Positions 56,231 through 64,000 of a stretch of DNA of 64,000 nucleotides are shown here, piece after piece. The DNA comes from Chrysomallon squamiferum (Eukaryota; Animalia; Mollusca): contig CM022670.1 of NCBI GenBank assembly GCA_012295275.1, positions 11,594,001 through 11,658,000 on the forward strand. The letters are read 5' to 3'. The number at the start of each line of letters is the position of its first letter. The first letter of the stretch is position 1. The translations under genes and the position numbers were made by a program. A model generated the notes under the pieces. The model did no database searches. It was not told the DNA's origin and worked only from the letters and a program-made list of their open reading frames with translations.

Positions 56231-57109
56231 TGATAATAATAATAGTACTTGACCACACGGATCTGAATCCATAAATAAAAATGAATTTGAGTGGTAATTT
56301 CTCCTCCATTAAATATGGTATCTATTTGGATCTGGTTCTGAACGTGATTTCTCGTGTATCTCGCTGAAACTGAGACCAGTAATAATACTCATTCATGATC
56401 CTTCAGTAAACAACAATATAATCACTGTGTTTATTTACAAGTCTTTGACGTGTTTCTTGCACGACAAGACAACCTCTGTCCTCGATTGTCGTCGTTCACT
56501 CAATAACAGCAATAACGTCGATGATACTAAAATCCTGTTTTCAAATCGGCTGAACTCATAAAAATGAAGTGTAGATATATATTCGGAGAACAATGCTGTT
56601 GTTTTTAAAATAGTTTCAGAAAATGTTTTGGAAACATTAAATTTATGTAAAGGATTCGATCGTATTAAGTTGAAGATGATTATACGATTTAGAAAACTGA
56701 TAATAAAGTGGATTATGTAGTAATGTTGTTGAGTTTAGCTTCAAACTTCGATAATCTTCATAAAAAATCTTTCAAACAGTCATTATTTCTTTTTTTTTCT
56801 TTCAAGTATTACCTTTCTAGGAAATAAAACTCAGTGAAAAATATTTGAGACTGAAAAACCGTTAACATTATTTGTTGTGAAAAATATTTGTTTACATCTA
56901 CCTTTGACAGTTAAAATACTGCAATATAATGTTAAGTTTTTTATACGTACTGTATGGCACATATTTACACAAACGCAGTTTATACAACTGAATGACAATA
57001 ATAAAACAAACTCAGACATTTTTTTTGTATTATTCTTACATTTAAGGTTTGCATCAGATAATGATGATGATGATGTTGATGATATGAGTAGCAGTAGTAG
57101 CATTAAGAT

Positions 57110-57192
57110 AATAATAATAATAATAAAGATAACAATAACAATAATAATAATAATAATAATAATAACATAATAATAATAATAACAATAACAAC

Positions 57193-57257
<65 letters not shown>

Positions 57258-57283
57258 TAACAATAACAGCAACAACAACAATC

Positions 57284-57357
<74 letters not shown>

Positions 57358-57366
57358 TAATAATAA
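57110..57366. repeat. Long (AAT)n/(AAC)n microsatellite
   Basis: Directly visible. Confidence 0.95.
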
Positions 57367-58164
57367 TTTACTAGAAAGTAAATCCTGGCACAAGGTCAGT
57401 GAGGAGAGCTAGATAAATGACTGCTGAGTATAAGACGAAACTGCCTGTGGATACATAACTGCTTTACCTGGCAGGCTCAAGTAATGTTGTCATAATACCG
57501 CTATTTAGAATCTACTTATCCAAGATTACTGGTTGGTGGCGATGTCTGGAGTACCAGTCTTCCACGCTGAAACTGTGATGATGTTCCAAACACTTGCGCA
57601 AAGACCAGGAAGAGAGTTTTTCTACGGATTACCCGAGTCTCGTTAATGGAATATTACATTTTCGTGATCTGCAACAACCACTATGACAACCCACTGAAGA
57701 GAATTAATCTTTTCAAAACATTATTATCCTCACAAAATTTCATTATCGTCATCTTCATCATCATCCTCATCATCATCATCATTATTATTATTTATAATGT
57801 TCAAATTTAACTCTTCAGTTAATTTTTTAAGAAAAATGTTTTTTATGTGTAGATGATATTCGCTAGTTTAATAAAAATAAAAATATTGTAAGTTTTTTTT
57901 ATTTACCGATATAGAAAGAGAAATTGGTGGAGAGACAGATAGATAATAGATGATAGATACAATCATTGACTGACAGGCTGATTGATTGATGGATAAATAG
58001 ACAGACAGCCAGACAGATAGCTAGACAGACAGATAGACAAATGAGCAGACAGATTATACAGATACGATAGAGAAATACACAAATAAGCCAGAACACTATA
58101 TACTTGCATGATATATCATCGAAAAATAATACAAGAATTAATTTTTATGTGTGTGTGTCTGTGT

Positions 58165-58212
<48 letters not shown>

Positions 58213-59067
58213 ATGTTTACAAATATTTAATACACATACACTGAACTGTTTTCAATAACACACTTACTATCTTCCGATTTGCTAAGCATCACTAAGTGAA
58301 TTAAGGAGAATCGAAGTCAATTACAGACATTAGCCAACATTTTTTTTTGAAACGAACTAATCCGCAACTCTGAGATGAGGCATGTCGGCTAGGAAAAGAT
58401 CTTTATTCTCTTGGAGGATATCGCGGAAAAATACTTCACTGCTCATTTTGCCCTGTATTTTCGTCAATAGATTCAGTAATGCAATTATTCGGGACTATCT
58501 ACTCTTTATCAGTAATACAATTATTCAAGACTATCTCCCTTCCCTCAACGGTTCCTGTGATGAAAAATAGTGAGCTGGAGTCAATAAAATGTAAATAAGA
58601 AGACGACCGGAGTAGGTATTAGGTCATACCTATTGGCACGATGCTGTAGTAATAACGAGCGGCTTGCCCAGTCTTCGTTCGCCGATTAGTCCTGCATAGA
58701 AATGTCTTTGAATACAGCAGTTAATTATAGTGATGGGTTTATTGATCTCACCCGCCTCGTGATAATGTCCTGTTACTGGCAGCAACCCAAACGCTAAAGA
58801 ACGACTGACCGACGCAAAGACAAAAAACCCCATTTTTTTTTTTTTTTTTTTTTTTTTGGCTTTAGTGTAAATAATCTATATTATTATTTTATTTTTTAAT
58901 TCTTTTTTTTGGATTTGTTGGAAATAATTTTGTATTAGTTTATTTGTTATTTATTTATTTATTTATTTAATACTGCTAATACTGAAATTATTACTGTAAG
59001 TATTGCTGTTGTTGTTTATTATTATTATTTTGTTTATTTGTTTATTTGTTTGTTTTTATAGACATGT

Positions 59068-59134
<67 letters not shown>

Positions 59135-60094
59135 TACATTAACTACACAGTTAAAGTCGTGTATTATTATATAATATATTCAGAATAAAAAGACCACTTT
59201 TTAAAACACAAAAACACGAGAGCAAACTGACAGAAAGGACATCGTTAAGACTCGGTGTATTATATCCATCCCGCAAGCAGATTTATGTACATAAAACAAA
59301 TAACACCGCTCCTGGCGTGAAATTTGTCATCAACTAAGTTTTTTAATTTGGTCTATAATTCTGTCATTTTAAACCAGTTCTTTAATTTACTACGCTGGAT
59401 CAGAGAATTGATGGTAAACGTCGACTAAATGTTCTAGAAAACTCGATCACTAAGCCACGTACAAGAGGCTGCTATCAGAGCATTAAATTTGATTAAAGTA
59501 TCTTTACATAACATCTTCTAGATAATCATATTGAAATCAGTTGATCATTATGATGAGCAAATGTTATGATCTTCTTTTTTATTTTTTATTTTTTTTTTTT
59601 TTTTTTACAATGTCCAAACTACATTCGTTTTATTATCATCACTGTTATTATTATTACTTTTTTTTTAAATGTTAAAATTTAATGTTATTATTATTTAATT
59701 TAAAACAAAAAATTAAAAATTAATGTTGTAAATAAGAAGAACTTGAAATCAAAGTTCCCATTTGTATTTAATTAATATAATCATCATCATCATCAATCAC
59801 CATCATCATCATCATCATCATCATCAATGTTATTGGTATTATTATTATTATTTAAATATTTTTATTCATTGAGAACATATCGAATCTTATGTTAACATCC
59901 TAAATACAAACTCAGTGATGATCGTTGAAGAATTTTATATACTGTGTATCACAACGCCATAGTTTAAACATAACCTTTTTTGGTTTACATCGTCGTCTCC
60001 GGCTGATACTTATTTCGAAGCTGTGTATGTTTCTGTTTGCTTGTCTCATTTGTAATTTAGTCTTTTAGTGATAATAAGTTTTGATCATAAGTTA

Positions 60095-60285
<191 letters not shown>

Positions 60286-60786
60286 TTAGAGACAGACAGA
60301 CAGAGAGAGAGAGATACAGAGATAGATATAAATATAGGTATAGATATAAAGATAGATTAGAGAGATAGATTACACTTAATAAAATAGTTTCATTTTAAAT
60401 CTTATTATTTAGAAATGTAAAATTTCGCGTTTGTTAATGAACTACACACAGTTACTAGAAGACACGTCTTGTTTTACTAAAGTGCAAATCCACTCGATTC
60501 AAGGTAACCAGTGCACTGTCGTTACGTCTCTTTCAAGTCAGACATCTAAATGTATTTCTTCACAAACGTCCTGCCGGTTTTATATTTGTTGGTTGTTAGC
60601 GTGAGAAAAGGTAATATGTAAAATAACACAGGTCTTTTTTTTCTTTCAAGAAATACGTTCAGCTTGACATAAAGGGATAAAGCATGTAGTATTATAACAG
60701 GAAAATAAATAAATAAATAAATACAAAAATCTCCAAAATAAGACATTTCCATTATATATATATATATATATAAAAATTGGTGTTGA

Positions 60787-62392
60787 GCCAAAATGATAAA
60801 ATATTTGTGGAAATTATTCAATGCTTTGATGGTATGGAAATCCGTTAAGTAGGAAGAATTTCAGATCAGAACTCTTTCTCAAATTTAGTAAACTAGGATC
60901 TATTACAACACTCCAAATCCATTACAGATGAGTAATGACAATCTCGACATTTGATGTTTTTGTGTAAGAAAACAAGAAAGGAGTAAACCTGTCAACTCTT
61001 CATCTGATTAAAAACTAACAAATCACTTAATAAACATCTTAGATTGACCATTATCGTATAATGTTTGCACCAGTGTCCTTATTTTGATGTGTAGTTCCTG
61101 TTTTTCAGGCCTAATGCAATATTTTTATATTTTCCTTTGTCGTTCAAATAGTTCATTTATTTTTCTTTCTTTTTCTTTCTTTTTTATTTGGTATAATATG
61201 AGTAGGATTAAAGGAAAATCAGTGATTTCATGCCGACGCTGCTTTAATTAACTTTTAAATAAAAATAATGTAAGTAATTGTCAGTTGTATTCGTTATAAA
61301 TAAAGATGCAATATTTGTTCCTAGATTATCCGATTTCTGGCAGAAGGAAGGACAGAATATTTTAATTTGACGATATACAACACTTTTACTGTCAGTTATT
61401 ATCGTTATGAATCATGAAGATATTAAAAAGAGTAAACACAAAACAGTACACACCCTGGAGTTTCATAAAGCAGATAGATATTGGGTGAAGATCAAAATTG
61501 CAGAAAGGTGGCTTCAGATGACGTGAAAATTCTGGGAACGCCATTAGCGGTTGCTGCGGTATCAAAGATGAAATTTTCAGTTGAAATAATACTAGTAGTT
61601 TAAAAAATACAAAGTTTAAAAAATACAAAGTTTAAAAAAAAGAAAACGAACTGTCTTCATATTATTACTAATAATAAACATGCAGTATATGTGACACCTT
61701 GTTGTTCTCACATTACCGGATGAATTGTGAACTTGGAATCATTCATTTCGTGAATGTTTTGAAAAACGGTTGTTAAATTGAGATTGTGTGAAGCCAGAAT
61801 GTTTTTATAAATTAAAAATCTGATGATTCATTTACCTTTTAAACCTGATTTATAACATTTTAAAATAATAACTGTTCTATTCAGTTCCGTTTTTTTTTTT
61901 TTTTTTTTTGCAACACTTATTTATAATGAATAAAACTGACAGTTAGTGACATTATTTTTATTTCAAATTTAATTAAACCACTACTGGCATGAAATCATCG
62001 ATTTTCCTTTGCTCCTAGTCACATTAAAGAAAGAAAAATAAATGGACTATTTCAACGACAAAGGAAAATATAATTTTTTACATTAAGCATCAAAACAGGA
62101 ACTACACATCAAAATAAGGACAGTGGTGCAAACATTATACGATAATGGCCAATCTAAGATGTTTATTAAGTGATTTGTTAGTTTTTAATCAGATGAAGAG
62201 TTGACAGGTTTACTCACTGCTTGTTTTCTTACACAAAAACATCAAATGTCGAGATTGTCATTACTCATCTGTAATGGATTTGGAGTGTTGTAATAGATCC
62301 TAGTTTACTAAATTTGAGAAAGAGTTCTGATTTAAAATTCTTCCTACTATCAAAGCATTGAATAATTTCCACAAATATTTTATCATTTCGGC
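60787..62392. mobile_element. Fold-back / long-TIR element: ~500-bp inverted arms around a ~600-bp spacer, flanked by (TA)n
   Basis: 60787-61311 is the reverse complement of 61908-62392. (TA)n runs lie just outside both arms (~60753-60772, ~62412-62431). No coding capacity is seen. Confidence 0.85.
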
Positions 62393-62499
62393 GTAATTCC
62401 AACACTTATATTATATATATATATATATATAAGAAAAAGAGCAATAACAACAACAACAATACTAATAATAGATATCCTCAAAGATAGTATTTAATGACT

Positions 62500-62585
<86 letters not shown>

Positions 62586-63092
62586 ATATAGAGTCCGGAT
62601 TATCGAAATTCTTACATTCTTTATCCTGGAACATAATTTATACTTTCATTGCCAATTGCCAACTTGCTTGCTTATTGGAAATTTTGCGACTGGATGATTC
62701 GAAATTATTATTCCGTATTACCTGACTGATTCTTACAGACGAATACGCTGATTATTGCAAAGAATGTAATATTTCATTGTTCAGGCATCTTGCGTTTTAA
62801 CCGTTTCCAAGGTATTGTACTCGCAGACGTCCATTGGTGGATAGGATGTACGTGTCACAGGCCATTTTGTCAGCCGATGAGAAAATGTACTGACTTGCTG
62901 GACCGTTCAGTCACCAAACGATTAACATTTGTAAATGTGCAGTTACAGTACTATTTTGTCATCGTGGTGTATTGAGAACCGACAGGTTTTTCTTCATCAG
63001 TAGATGTCAATGTTCGATTTTTTAAATTATTTATTATTTATTTTTTATCTTTTTTTTAATCATTTTTATTTATTACTAAATTTGTTTGTGTA

Positions 63093-63130
<38 letters not shown>

Positions 63131-63427
63131 ATATTATTTCTTACATTCAGAAGCAGTTTTATTTGCCTCAGTCGTGAAAAGTATTTAGCAGCAATATACG
63201 AGTCTAGATACAACAAAAACTGTATTTGATAAACAGAATTGTGCTAAAAAAATGTCTGGTAAAATCAGTTTGTTTATGGACAGATGAGTTTTAACATTTG
63301 ATTTCAGTGAGCAAATTATTAAAACGGCGAAACTGTTAAAACACTAAAATGTGTAGTGACCAAAACAGTCGTATAATTTAATAAATTAAAATGATAGGCA
63401 ATATTTTGATGCGCGCGGTACCAACAC

Positions 63428-63445
63428 TGCGACTGCGCAGTCGCA
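63428..63445. other. Perfect 18-bp GC-rich palindrome TGCGACTGCGCAGTCGCA
   Basis: Self-complementary by inspection. Confidence 0.9.
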
Positions 63446-63530
63446 CATCCGCTCTGCGTAGAGGGCTTATCGACGGAGAATGAATTATTTCATTATTATA
63501 CAACTGATTAACCTTTTTCCTATGTAAACA

Positions 63531-63565
<35 letters not shown>

Positions 63566-64000
63566 AATAAGAATCTTAGTATTAATCCGATACATTTGTA
63601 AATATATTTATGTATTATTTTCTGTTTCGCTGTTTAGTATAGGAAATCAGGACAGTCACCTCATTTCAACTTATATAGGCAGACTGTATTTTAAGCATTT
63701 TATTTGTTAATCATTATTATTATTAATATATTAACTGCATCGTTAAGGAATGATTACACGCGCATATTGATACGCGCACACACATACATGCATACAGATA
63801 CACACAGACACCTAATAAACACACACAGATACACATAACACACACACAAACACATACGAACACAAGCGTACAAAAGCATTTCCACTTACACACAGGCACA
63901 CAGACATATCCCGATCAGCTAGTCTGTGCGTATAAAAAGCTAGGATTTATTTTGTTTGACGGTGTTTACCAGTTTGTCTGTGACTGCGGCTAGAGTGATT

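Noticed and set aside
62784-62810. 27-nt in-frame candidate exon (ASCVLTVSK) for the receptor
   Set aside because: Weak donor (GTATTG) and no resemblance to the expected ATD continuation.

Overview
AT-rich, microsatellite-laden eukaryotic genomic DNA. The gene content and repeat style suggest an invertebrate, probably a mollusc or other lophotrochozoan (inference). Genes were assembled by hand from GT-AG splice sites and codon phase. From left to right: (1) a degenerate Sola2-type DNA transposon with long inverted ends (1-2459), apparently in an intron of an unidentified minus-strand gene whose first two small exons are at 3080-3047 and 2536-2508; (2) head-to-head with it, a complete 7-exon CIB1-like EF-hand gene (185 aa); (3) a complete 4-exon minus-strand CIMIP2C/FAM166C (C2orf70) ciliary gene (201 aa); (4) a complete 13-exon DEG/ENaC channel (625 aa) with VG in place of the conserved HG motif and a Pro/Thr-rich finger insert bounded by basic sites; (5) the first coding exon of a probable ionotropic glutamate receptor (NMDA-like amino-terminal domain), followed by a >29 kb first intron. 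That intron holds CRE and PAR-bZIP motif clusters, a pogo/Tigger relic, a 34-bp minisatellite between 189-bp direct repeats, a hammerhead-like relic and a 1.6-kb fold-back element. No CRISPR array, rRNA or tRNA is supported. Most ORFs in the supplied track are microsatellite artefacts.
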